The notes under the pieces were generated by a model. That model made no database searches. It was given only the letters and a program-made list of their open reading frames with translations, and was not told where the DNA came from. Below, piece after piece: positions 1 to 11,723 of a stretch of DNA of 64,000 nt (positions are counted from its first letter, which is position 1; every line of letters starts with the position of its first letter). The position numbers and the translations under genes were made by a program. The stretch is from Octopus sinensis (lineage: Eukaryota). The DNA lies in the NCBI RefSeq assembly GCF_006345805.1, contig NC_043022.1, forward strand, positions 6,076,001-6,140,000, written 5' to 3'.

Positions 1-52
1 CACACCAACATTGGTTGTCAAGCAATGCTAGGGGGACAAACACAGACACACA

Positions 53-95
<43 letters not shown>

Positions 96-264
96 TATAT
101 ACGACGGGCTTCTTTCAGTTTCCGTCTACCAAATCCACTCACAAGGCTTTGGTCAGCCCGAGGCTATAGTAGAAGACACTTACGCAAGATGCCACGCAGT
201 GGGACTGAACCCAGAACCATGTGGTTGGTAAACAAGCTACTTACCACACAACCACTCCTGCGCC
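1..264 (-). mobile_element. SINE family A (tRNA head + CORE-like segment + internal microsatellite + 3' tail), cut by the window edge
   Basis: Reverse complement of the recurring consensus GGCGCAGGAGTGGCTGTGTGGTAAG...GGTTCAGTCCC (A/B-box-like)...TTGGGCAAGTGTCTT, seen more than 20 times in the window. Confidence 0.9.
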
Positions 265-303
265 TTATATATATATATATATATATATAGATAGATAGAT
301 ATA

Positions 304-557
304 CAGGGTTGGCCAAAAGTCACCTGACAGTAAATCAAAACCACTCAATTCCATGATTAAAACAAGAAATTATTTTATGAGACTTTCCTAATAAACAGAC
401 AAATGTTGAAAAAAAAAAAAAAAAAGGAAAAAAAACGGTGATTCTAACTCACAGCATTCAATTATTGAACTTTCATAATTGGAAGGAATAAATAAAATTG
501 AATATTAAATATTTAAGGAATTGTGATTTACTGTCGGGTGACTTTTGGCTAACCCTG
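304..557. mobile_element. Tc1/mariner-type MITE
   Basis: 34-bp TIRs (CAGGGTTGGCCAAAAGTCACCTGACAGTAAATCA and its complement, 2 mismatches). TA at 302-303 and 558-559. No ORF. Confidence 0.88.
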
Positions 558-597
558 TATATGTGTATACATATGTGTATATATACTCATTCTCATT

Positions 598-935
598 TAC
601 TCATTTACTTGTTTCAGTCATTAGACTGCGGCCATGCTGGAGCACCGCCTTTAGTCAAGCAAATCGACCCCGGGACTTATTCTTTGTAAGCCCAGTACTT
701 ATTCTATCGGTCTCTTTTGCCGAACCGCTAAGTGACGGGGACGTAAACACACCAGCATCGGTTGTCAAGCAATGCTAGGGGGACAAACACAGACACACAA
801 ACACACACATATATATATATATATATACATATATACGACAGGCTTCTTTCAGTTTCCGTCTCCCAAGATGCCACGCAGTGGGACTGAACCCGGAACCATG
901 TGGTTGGTTAGCAAGCTACTTACCACACAGCCACT
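598..935 (-). mobile_element. SINE family A with an internal deletion in the head module
   Basis: Matches the family consensus. About 55 bp are missing between TTCCGTCT and CCCAAGATG. Confidence 0.88.
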
Positions 936-1029
936 GTATATTTATGTATATACACACACACATATACATACATATATATGTATCAGACAGTGCGTCATAA
1001 AAACTATATTACTTCTCTACCCTTCGTGT

Positions 1030-1250
1030 GTGTGTGTCTATGTACTTTGTCTCACACCACCTCTTGATAACTGGTGTTGGCTTGTTTACATCCCCATAAC
1101 TTAGAGGTTTGCCAAAAGAAACCAATAAAATAAGTGTCTGACTTCAAAAAAAACACAAAGGGAACTGGGGTTGGTTCATTCAGCTAAAGTTATTCAAAGT
1201 GGTGCCCCAGCATGGCCACAGTCCAAAGACTGGAAAAGCAAGTGAAAGAT
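1030..1250 (+). mobile_element. Old SINE family A, 3' module only
   Basis: Diverged match to the tail module (GTGCCCCAGCATGGCCACAGTC...). Confidence 0.7.
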
Positions 1251-2101
1251 AAAAAAAAGAAAGATCCTGTTTAGACTCTTAAAAAGTGTGAATGACTTTC
1301 ACAAATGTTCGGAAGTCATTGTCATGGTTTTTTGAGTCTAATCCACTTAAGCTAGGTTCAAAGGTATTCCCCACCATGACCATCCCTAGTGAATCTAGGA
1401 TTACCGTTATGTCATTTCCTTTTGAAAGATGACAGGATGTCATTTGAGGGAGACTGATGAAATGAATCATCAGTTTTCAACGAATCAATAAATGAAACTC
1501 TTTGGCAGGTATTGAGTGCATTCTTGCTTGTGTGTGTGTGTGTGTGTGTGTGTATGCGCATATATACATATATATGTGTGTGTATATATCCAAATTGAGG
1601 GAGTGGAGCAGGTAAAATCCAGCCTACATATGTTTCCAAGCTGGCAGATCCTCTTATGTAATAATTACTCAATGAGGGTTACTCAGCCAGCAGCTGCTCA
1701 CCAAGCCAAGGATACCTTATTTATATATTGCCATTTGGGAATCCCAACACACACACATGTATACATGTGTGTGTGTGTACACACATACATGTATGTGTGT
1801 GTATATATACATATATGTATATATACATATATGTATATATACATATATGTATATATACATATATGTATGTATATATATATTCTGTAACACTACGAAAGTG
1901 TGTTACATAGTTAGATTCTTGGTTCGATAATAATATATATATATCAAGGGCCGTATATGATTTCATTCTACCAAATTCTCTCACAAAGGCATTGGATGGC
2001 CTGGGATGACAGAGGAAGATATTTACCCAAGGTAATCCACAGTGGGACTGAATCCGGAACCCCTTGGTTTCAAATTGAATTTCTTAATCACACAGCCTTG
2101 C

Positions 2102-2137
<36 letters not shown>

Positions 2138-2140
2138 ACT

Positions 2141-2198
<58 letters not shown>

Positions 2199-2857
2199 AG
2201 AAAAAGCATGTTTGTGTATGAGAGAGGCTTTGAATTTCAGTTCTTATTTTTCCTCAAAGAATCTGCTTAGAAATATTAGCTCAGACTTCCAATATATTTC
2301 TTCTCAAAGAAATATTTGACCAAACCACACCTATTGTAGTTATGCGATGGAATCCGTGTGTTCTGTGTGAGAAGAAACTCTACCAGAAAACAACAAACAA
2401 ATCAAAAAGAAAAAAGTTCCAATATAATCTGGTTCCATCACAGCTGCCCTTCTCTGTGTGAATGTTTTAATGCTGAAATGAATGAGAAGCCGTTTCTTCA
2501 CACAAACCATCCATACCACCCAGAAACCCTTCACCCTTCTTTGACAAGATTTGTGTGTAAGAATTATTTGTTAAGTAATTTGAGAAACAGGAATAATTGT
2601 AGACCAAAAGGTCTGCTAGATTGCTACTTTGTATTGGCACAACTTCACAGATTTTTGGGGATTCAAGACATCATCATCATCATCATAATTTAATGCCCTC
2701 CTTCCATGCTGGCATGGGTTGGATGGTTTGACAGGAGCCCAGCCAGATAGAAGACTGCCCCAGGCTACTGTAGCAGTTTTGATACAATCAGTGTCAGAAT
2801 ATTGCTAGTAATTGTGTTAACTACCCCAGGAGGAGAATAAATTAGAGTTAGCAAATA

Positions 2858-3019
2858 GGCGCAGGAGTGGCTGTGTGGTAAGTAGCTTGCTAACCAACCA
2901 CATGGTTCCGGGTTCAGTCCCACTGCGTGGCATCTTGGGCAAGTGTCTTCTGCTATAGCCCCAATGCCTTGTGAGTGGATTTGGTAGACGGAAACTGAAA
3001 GAAGCCTGTCGTATATATG

Positions 3020-3052
<33 letters not shown>

Positions 3053-3266
3053 TTGTGTGTCTGTGTTTGTCCCCCTTGCATTACATGACAACCGATGCTG
3101 GTGTGTTTACGTCCCCGTCACTTAGCGGTTCGGCAAAAGAGACCGATAGAATAAGTACTGGGCTTACAAAGAATAAGTCCCGGGGTCGATTTGCTCGACT
3201 AAAGGCGGTGCTCCAGCATGGCCACAGTCAAATGACTGAAACAAGTAAAAGAAAAGAAAAGAAAGA
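2858..3266 (+). mobile_element. SINE family A, near full length and young
   Basis: Head GGCGCAGGAGTGG at 2858, (TA)n(TG)n linker, tail ending GAAACAAGTAAAAGAAAAG. CpGs largely retained. Confidence 0.92.
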
Positions 3267-3509
3267 ATGGGATTTGAACTTCAAATGTATAGGAAACCTG
3301 ACTGGGTGTTACAAAGTCTTTGCTTGAATGGTGACTGCAAGGACAACATAAAGAAAGACTGTAAAATGTAAAAGCAGCCCCCTCCCCCCCCAGCTGCCCT
3401 GCTCCATCTGTGAAGACAAAGTGTTTTGCAAAAACCAATAAAATAGCAAAAAGAAACCCTCTCAGAAATAAATGGTATTTAAGAGAGAATTGGTGAAATA
3501 TTCAACATA

Positions 3510-4160
3510 TAGGCACAGTGTGGCTAATGTGGGTGTGTGGTAAAAAGCTCGCTTCCCAACCACATGGTTCCAGGTTCAGTTCCATCGTGTGGCACCTTGG
3601 CCAAGTGTCTTCTACCCTAGCCTCACACCAACCAAAGCCTTGAGAGTGGATTTGGTTGATGGAAATTGAAAGAAGCCCCCAGTGTGTGTGTGTGTCTTTG
3701 TGTCTCTGTTACTCCGCCACTTGACAACCAGTGTTGGTTTGTTTACATCCCTGTACCTTAGTTTGGCAAAATAGATCAATAGAATAAATACTAAACTTCA
3801 TCATCATCATCATTTAACGTCTGCTTTTCATGCTAGCATGGGTTGGACGGTTCAACTGGGGTCTGGGGAGCCCGAAGGCTGCACCAGGCCAGTCAGATCT
3901 GGCAGTGTTTCTACAGTTGGATGCCCTTCCTAACGCCAACCACTCCGAGAGTGTAGTGGGTGATTTTATGTGCCACCGACATAGGTGCCAGACGAGGCTG
4001 GCGAACAGCCACGCTCGGATGGTGTTTTTTTATGTGCCACCGACACAGGTGCCTAAACTTAAAAAAAAATAATTGTTGGAGTCAATCCATTTAGTTTTAA
4101 ATTCTTCAAGGCAGTGCCCCAGCATGGCAACAGTCTAATGACTGAAACAAGTAAAAGATA
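3510..4160 (+). mobile_element. Old SINE family A interrupted by a family B copy
   Basis: Head and linker at 3510-3798. The tail resumes after 4053. Confidence 0.75.
3799..4052 (-). mobile_element. SINE/LINE-tail family B ((GAT)n-tailed) with an 8-bp TSD
   Basis: (CAT)n followed by TTTAACGTC...CATGCTAGCATGGGTTGGACGG...GGATGCCCTTCCTAACGCCAACC. TSD CTAAACTT at 3791-3798 and 4053-4060. Confidence 0.85.
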
Positions 4161-4319
4161 CGTAAAACAAAAGATGTTTACATAATCAGAAGACCCACAT
4201 AGTGTGTCACATGTTTTCAAGTTGTTCTGGAGTGTCGGAGTCAGCATCCTGTTACAGGTTTGTCGTTTGTGATTCCCCACAATGAAGTCATCGTATTTCT
4301 ATAAATATCGAAATTTCGG

Positions 4320-4645
4320 CATCCGGTGGCTGGTCTGATTTTTATCCGACTCGTGGCCGATGCCAGCGCCGCCTCGACTGGCTTCCGTGCCAGTGGCACG
4401 TAAAATACACCAATCCGACCGTGGCCGTTGCCAGCCTCGCCTGGCACCTGTGCAGGTGGCACATAAAAAGCACCCACTACACTCACGGAGTGGTTGGCGT
4501 TAGGAAGGGCATCCAGCTGTAGAAACATTGCCAGATAAGACTGGAGCCTGGTGCAGCCTTCTGGCTTCCCAGATCCCCGGTCAAACCGTCCAACCCATGC
4601 TAGCATGGAGAACGGACGTTAAACGATGATGATGATGATGATGAT
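4320..4645 (+). mobile_element. Family B copy
   Basis: Family consensus ending GGACGTTAAAC(GAT)n. Confidence 0.85.
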
Positions 4646-5166
4646 CTTCACAATAAATTTTGCTTCACGTAATGATTACAAATGAAAGCAATTGTTTGTA
4701 ACGAGTGTTGAAGTGGTTTGTTTAAACATGAAAACTTCTCCGGAAACAGATGAATGCCAATAAGATTGTCCGATAGAAGCACGGGACCAAAAATCTCTGT
4801 GAGATTATCTCTGACATGGGTTTCTTGATTCCTGATAGCGATCTACGATAGAGCTTGTTGTAAATCATACAGCCGCTTGATGTTTAGCAATTCCTTTGGT
4901 CTGGGAACCATGTGTTGCGAAGAACATTTGAGGAAAGTTTATATCATCAGAACATATGTCTCTTGTGCTGCCGCTGCTGCCAACACCGAAAACACTGACA
5001 ACAATTCTAAAGTGGAACAGAATGCTTTTTGTTTATAGTAGTTCTTCAGTTCACCTCTGGCACTTTCGTAGAATGTGATAAAGGCGAATTCTAAGAACAA
5101 TCCTAGTATTGAGATGATGATGATGTGTGCTGAGGCATGCTTTTTCCTTTAACTTCCTCTCTTTTG

Positions 5167-5211
<45 letters not shown>

Positions 5212-5274
5212 GTTATAGATGTTTAGTAAAGTGGCAATTACTTTCTAATCCTGATCTTTGTGTTGTGTATCCAT

Positions 5275-5316
5275 CCACCCATCCATCTATCTATCTATCT
5301 ATCTATCTATCTCCCC

Positions 5317-5348
<32 letters not shown>

Positions 5349-5660
5349 CTACCTACCTACCTATCTATCCATCCATCTATCCATCTATCTATCTCTATCT
5401 CCCACTCTCTCTCTATCTATCTATCTACCTACCTACCTATCTATCCATCCATCTATCCATCTATCTATCTCTATCTCCCACTCTCTCTCTATCTATCTAT
5501 CTACCTACCTACCTATCTATCTATCCATCTGTCTATCCATCTATCTATCTATCCATCTATCTATCTATCTATCTATCTATCTCTATCTCTATCTCCCCCC
5601 CTCTCTATCTATCTATCTACCTATCTAATTATCTATCTATCGTTCCATCCATCCACCCAT
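5275..5660. repeat. Compound (CTAT)/(CCAT)/(CT) microsatellite with higher-order periodicity
   Basis: Repeated blocks of the form CTCTCTCTCTATCTATCTATCTACCTACCTACCTATCTATCCATC. Confidence 0.9.
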
Positions 5661-5664
5661 CCAT

Positions 5665-5815
5665 CTGGGAAGGCGTGTGGCCTAGTGGTTAGGATGTTGC
5701 CCTCATGATCACAGGATCATAGTTTCAATTCCCAGACTGACTGTGCATTATGTTTTTAAGCAAACACCCCATTCCACTCTGGACTGGAGACTACTCTGCT
5801 GTAAATGGGTAGCCT
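5665..5815 (+). mobile_element. Old tRNA-derived SINE head (family D type)
   Basis: GAAGGCGTGTGGCCTAGTGGTTAGG (A box), GTTTCAATTCCC (B-box-like), CORE-like end CTGTAAATGGG. Confidence 0.65.
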
Positions 5816-6068
5816 AGGCAATGGATTGGTGTTCAAGGGGAGAGCCAAGGGGCCGGGCGTCGTGAACCCCGTTTCGTATCTTGTGGTCTACAGGATGAAG
5901 AGTGCTAATCGTATTGTGGAATCCTCACTGGTTGGGACTGGTTGCTCGACCATGTCAAAGGTCAATATACATATATATGTATATATATATATATATATAT
6001 GTATGTATATATATATATATATGTATGTATATATATATATATATGCATGTATATATATATATATATGT

Positions 6069-6256
6069 ATCATCATCATCGTTTAACGTCCGCTTTCCAT
6101 GCTAGCATGGGTTGGACGGTTCAACTGGGGTCTGGGGAGCCAGAAGGCTGCGCCAGGCCCAGTCTGATCTGGCAGTGTTTCTACGGCTGGATGCCCTTCC
6201 TAACGCCAACCAATCTGTGAGTGTAGTGGGTGCTTTTTACGTGCCACCGGCACGGG
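6069..6256 (-). mobile_element. 5'-truncated family B copy
   Basis: (CAT)n plus family consensus, embedded between (TA)n arrays. Confidence 0.85.
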
Positions 6257-6286
6257 CATTTATATGTGTATATATATATATGTATG

Positions 6287-6329
<43 letters not shown>

Positions 6330-6336
6330 GTGTGTT

Positions 6337-6376
<40 letters not shown>

Positions 6377-6414
6377 TATGTACATATATAAACATACACA
6401 GAAAAGTATGAATT

Positions 6415-6447
<33 letters not shown>

Positions 6448-6462
6448 TATATATTTATATGC

Positions 6463-6504
<42 letters not shown>

Positions 6505-6519
6505 GCGTGTGTGTGTGTG

Positions 6520-6593
<74 letters not shown>

Positions 6594-6855
6594 GCTCACA
6601 CATATATATTTGTGTATAAATTTATAGTTATGAGAAAATCAGAAGCCCGGTTCTTTTTAATAGAAATATCCCTTGTGATATTAGTTCTGTCTGTGGTACA
6701 CTGCTACTTCCATATCACCCTCATCGCCTGAAACACTGGAAACCAATATGATTGGTCTGCTTGAAACCCATCATCAATGACGCCATTCTTCACAAAATGC
6801 AATGCAAAACAATAAAAATTAATAAAACCAAACAAAAACCATATATCTGGGTTAC

Positions 6856-6934
6856 CTATTTTTCAGGAATTCTGCTTTTGTCCTCCTCTTCTTCTTCTAT
6901 TTGGTATTGGACTTCATCTTCCAGCCATTCCCAT
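6856..6934 (-). CDS. Candidate terminal coding exon (…WEWLEDEVQYQIEEEEEDKSRIPEK*) of an unidentified minus-strand gene
   Basis: Acceptor AATCAG| at 6936-6935 is the only AG after an upstream in-frame stop. Only one frame is open. Phase matches the candidate exon at 9567-9473. ATTAAA at 6661-6656 (minus). The acceptor is pyrimidine-poor. Confidence 0.45.
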
Positions 6935-7158
6935 CTGATTGTGTTTACACAAATATAGATTAATTAAGACTGTTGGACAATTGCCGAGTTAACGATAATA
7001 ATGCACTTTTTTCCTATTGATGGTTGTTATGTTGTTGTTGGTGGTGGTGGAGGTGGAGAGAAGTTGTGACTGTTTTTACGTCATCATGATATGATGAGAA
7101 TTCCTGAAGATTAAGCGGAAAACATGTGACAATAAATTTATGAGGCACCTTTATTTTG

Positions 7159-7304
7159 TTCTTTTACTTGTTTCAGTCATTTTTGACTGCGGCCATGCTG
7201 GAGCACCACCTTCTTTAGTTGCAACCAATCGACACCTAGACTTACTCTTTGTAAGTCCTTTTATGCCAAAACACTAAGTTCTGGGGACCTAAACACAGAC
7301 ACAA

Positions 7305-7339
<35 letters not shown>

Positions 7340-7510
7340 CACACAATGGGCTTCTTTCAGTTTCTGTCTACCAAATCCACTCACAAGGCTTTGGTTGGCC
7401 CAAGGCTGTTGTAGAAGATACTTGCCCAAGGTGCCATGTAGTGCTTTCTAACCACAGAACCATGGGGTTAGAATGCAAGATTCTTCCCACATAGCCACAC
7501 CTGCACCTAT
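7159..7510 (-). mobile_element. SINE family A, moderately old
   Basis: Both modules are present, with CpG decay. Confidence 0.82.
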
Positions 7511-8329
7511 AGGAATTCACAATTTCTGTTTTATAAATTGGTTGAGATAACGGTGAAGAGAATATTTGTTAGGGTTTTTTTTTAGACTTGGAGCAAACCC
7601 TGAAGAGAGAGAGAGAGGGGGCAAGTTATTGAAGGGGTTGTGAATAGCAATGAAAGGATTTTGACTAATAAACAACCAGTTGGTTGTTTAGCCAAAATAT
7701 TAAGCAATCAATCAATTAGTCAATTTGGTTAGATATTTAACTGATTGACTAATAATAAAGAAGTGATATTGAACCTATGTGTGTGTTATTGGTGCAATGA
7801 CCATCCTGATAAACAACTGAGAAGGGAATAGTTTTTGTGGAATTTTTTTTTTGTTCCTATATTATAATCACATTCTGCTAAAAATTCCATGTTATTTTGT
7901 CCCCAACGGTGCTGGGCTGACCCATAATTTCATCTCACTTTCTCTCGAAAGTAAAACTGTTACCTTTGCTTACAAATAACGAATCTTAGCAACTAATTAA
8001 TATAAAGAAAAACTTACTTGAAAAACTGAATTATTTCTTATTCTTTTGCAAATGAATCCCAAATTCTTGTGAAATAAATTTATGAAAACTAATGAACTTA
8101 CTATTTCTTCTAAATTTCCATTTTTTTTAAATAATTTTTTCTAAACTTGTCAGAGGTGTGGGGGGGGGGAAGTTAATTATATTGACCTTAAAAGCAAAGC
8201 TGACCTCGGCAGAATTTGAACTCAGAACATAAAGGGCCAGAAGAAATGCTGCTAATCATTTTGTCTAATGCAGCAACCATTCTGCTAGCTCACCATCATC
8301 ATCATCACCATCATCAATAATAATAATAA

Positions 8330-8660
8330 TCCTTTCTACTATAGGCATAAGGCCTGAAATTTGGGGGAAGGGTAGTCGATTACATCGATCCCAGGGGTCG
8401 ATTAAATAAGTACTAGTTACGCACTGGGGTCGATGTAATTGACTTAATCCCTTTGTCTGTCCTTGTTTGTCCCCTCTATGTTTAGCCCCCTGTGGGCAAT
8501 AAAGAAATAGATTACATCGATCCCAGTGCATGACTGGTACTTAATTTATCAAACCTGAAAGGACATCCAGCGGAATTTGAACTCAGAACAAAGAACCAGA
8601 GGAAATGCTGCTAACCATTTCATCTGGCGTCGCAACAATTCCGCTAGCCGGCCACCTTCC
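8330..8660 (-). mobile_element. tRNA-derived SINE family C, carrying a nested opposite-strand family C fragment (8395-8509)
   Basis: Reverse complement of the head at about 8640-8660. The nested fragment is flanked by a 17-bp duplication, GATTACATCGATCCCAG (8378-8394 and 8510-8526). Confidence 0.8.
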
Positions 8661-8734
8661 TTTGTATTTAATAATAATAATGATAATAATAATGTTGAAA
8701 CATTTGCTGTTTGTGCAAGAGTGAGAAAGCTCCA

Positions 8735-8851
8735 CATTTTTCTCACCTTTCCACTGACAAACATTATGATAATGGCTGTCATCTGTTAACTTTTTTGCAT
8801 TGTTTAAACCTGATATCATAATCTATTTTTATCTTTCTTTTTTAGGTAAGT
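8735..8851 (+). promoter_or_regulatory. Strong 3' splice site immediately followed by a consensus 5' splice site (candidate recursive splice site)
   Basis: About 110 nt with no AG, then ATCTATTTTTATCTTTCTTTTTTTAG|GTAAGT (AG 8844-8845, GTAAGT 8846-8851). Confidence 0.55.
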
Positions 8852-9009
8852 CGTTTCTGATAAAAATTTGCTGTTGCTAAAAGCTTTACAAAGGCAAGTA
8901 AACGCATTATATTCTGAATGTCTGTCTGTCTGTCTGTTCGTCTGTCTTCCTGTTTCTGTTTGTCATTAATCATAATTGATGCATTTCTTGTGGAATATAC
9001 ACATATATA

Positions 9010-9112
<103 letters not shown>

Positions 9113-9143
9113 GTATATATATATGTATATATATATGTATATA

Positions 9144-9182
<39 letters not shown>

Positions 9183-9472
9183 TCACATACACACACATGC
9201 ATACATGCATGCATCCATCCATCCATCTATACATACATACATGTCCTTTCATCTATCAATCCATACATTCATACATGCACACATTCTGAAACTGATCACA
9301 TAAAACAAGATATATAGCATCTTCATCAATATTTCTTACTATTTAATAGCAGTATACCACACACACACACACACACACACGTATAAAGATAGCAAAGGAA
9401 AATGGAGACTTATACATATTTAAATCCTGTTTAATTATGGTATTATTCTTATCAAAATCCCATCTGACATAC

Positions 9473-9567
9473 GTGTCCACTGCATAAGATTCTGGAAATC
9501 CTTTGTTGTCACATTTACGTGCAATTTGCTGGTTCAGCTGCAGTTCATCTTCCTCCAAGGTAGACAT
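9473..9567 (-). CDS. Candidate coding exon MSTLEEDELQLNQQIARKCDNKGFPESYAVD(T)
   Basis: Unique, non-repetitive sequence with a single open frame. Donor CAC|GTATGT at 9472. The phase-2 end joins 6934 to give …AVDTWEW…. The 5' boundary is uncertain. Confidence 0.45.
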
Positions 9568-9666
9568 TCCAATGCAGTTTACCCATGGAGGTGGCCATCA
9601 GGAAACGTATGCAGCAGAATCAGTCACACATCACACTAGAATCTAATATTCTAGTATTCAGAGGAA

Positions 9667-10104
9667 TACTATGTATATAAAACTGAAGTTGTGTGTGTGA
9701 GAGTCTGTCTCCTCCGATTTAGATTCCTAACTACTCCCACATTTTGCGGTGCAGTTTAACTAAGAGCGGGTATCTTATAGTCGTGATTCATATCGAGCCC
9801 TTCTGGGTATTAGCACGCGTCTACGATGATAAAAAAATTTACCATCATTTTTAATGCATTTTTTGCTCGGTTTATATAAGGGAAGTAACTCTCTAAAAAT
9901 GCTTATATAGTTCGAATAGCAGATTTCATAAGTTCTGCTGTTTTCTTCAAATTTATAAAAATATGTGTTGTTGCGGACAATATCTTTGTTTTGATTTTTC
10001 CAAAAGTATGGATAAAATGGAATGCAATTTCGTCAAAATTAACGCTTAAACAAGTTATTCATCAAATTTCTATCCACCCGAGCAAAGCCGGGTCAATCTG
10101 CTAG
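9667..10104 (+). mobile_element. Non-autonomous Helitron
   Basis: 3' end has the imperfect hairpin CCCGAGCAAAGCCGGG (10077-10092), then CTAG (10101-10104) followed by T. The 5' end is TACTATGTATATAAAACTGAAG-like. No TSD or TIR. Confidence 0.72.
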
Positions 10105-10345
10105 TACTATATATATATATAGGGGGTTCAACGTTGATTGTACATACATACAATACATACATATAAAATTAGTGTACATTTAAACAAAAAAAGAAGTGAC
10201 CCTTAACAGGTCACCTTACATGCTAGAAGGAACAGTCAAAAGTCCAAACCACAGTTAGGAGCAATTTTGAAGGGAATGAAAAATAAAAGCATTTACCATG
10301 TGGTAGAAAAATTTCCGTAATTTTGCTACCCTATATTATTTTAAA

Positions 10346-10392
<47 letters not shown>

Positions 10393-10394
<2 letters not shown>

Positions 10395-10557
10395 CGCAGG
10401 AGTGGCTGTGTGGTAAGTAGCTTGCTAACCAACCACATGGTTCCGGGTTCAGTCCCACTGCATGGCATCTTGGGCAAGTGTCTTCTGCTATAGCCCCGGG
10501 CCGACCAATGCCTTGTGAGTGGATTTGGTAGACGGAAACTGAAAGAAGCCTGTTGTA

Positions 10558-10606
<49 letters not shown>

Positions 10607-10813
10607 CTGTGTTTGTCCCCCCTAGCATTGCTTGACAACCGATGCTGGTGTGTTTACGTCCCCGTCACTTAGTGGTTCGGCAAAAGAGACCGATAGAATA
10701 AGTACTGGGCTTACAAAGAATAAGTCCTGGGGTCGATTTCCTCGACTAAAGGCGGTGCTCCAGCATGGCCGCAGTCAAATGACTGAAACAAGTAAAAGAG
10801 AAAAGAGTAAGAG
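10393..10813 (+). mobile_element. SINE family A, full length
   Basis: Complete consensus match with an AAAAGAGT tail. Confidence 0.92.
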
Positions 10814-11063
10814 TATATATATAAACATAATAAAATAGGGTAATAATAAATTATTATTACCAGTGGCCTGGTAGTATATATATGTATATATATGTATAAT
10901 CATTATCATCATCATTTAACGTCTGTTGTCCATGCTAGCATGGGTTTGACGGTTTGACCAGGACTGGTAAGCTGAGGGGCTACACCCCACTCCAGTTTGA
11001 TTTGGCATGGTTTCTATGGCTGGATGCATGCACTTCCTAACACCTGAAATGCAAAAAAGAAAC

Positions 11064-11089
<26 letters not shown>

Positions 11090-11095
<6 letters not shown>

Positions 11096-11425
11096 AGCTT
11101 ACTTCCCAACCACATGGTTCCAGGTTCAGTCCCACTGCATGGCTCCTTGGGCAAATGTTTTCTACTATAGCCCCGAGCTGACCAATGCCTTGTAAGTCAG
11201 TTTGGTTGACGGAAACTGCATGTGTGTGATGTTTGTTCTCCATACCACCACTTGATGACTGGTGTTAGTTTGTTTACGTCCCTGTAACTTACCGGTTCAG
11301 CGAAAGAGACCAGTAAAATAAGTACTGGGCTGAAAAAGAAATAAGCCCTGGAGTTGATTTGTTCAACTAAAACCCTTTAAGGTAGTGCCCCAGCATGGCT
11401 GCAGCTGAACATCTGAAACAAATAA
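11090..11425 (+). mobile_element. Old SINE family A
   Basis: Diverged match to both modules. Confidence 0.72.
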
Positions 11426-11684
11426 AAAAAAAAAATGGTATGTATATATATATATATGTATATATATATGTATATATATATGTATATATATCTGTATATA
11501 TATATGTATATATATCTGTATATACATATATGTATATATATCTGTATATGTATATATATCTGTATATATATGTATATATGTATGTATATATATATATATA
11601 TGTATATGTATCTGTATATATATCTGTGTATATATATCTGTATATATATCTGTATATATATATCTGTATATATATATGTATATA

Positions 11685-11723
<39 letters not shown>

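Noticed and set aside
7100-7135. Possible hammerhead CCTGAAGA…GGAAAACATGTG
   Set aside because: No stem II or stem I pairing, and the cleavage position would be G.
9598-9600. In-frame TGA upstream of the minus-strand exon read as selenocysteine
   Set aside because: A second in-frame TGA lies 11 codons further up, no SECIS-like element is evident, and the region may simply be UTR or intron.
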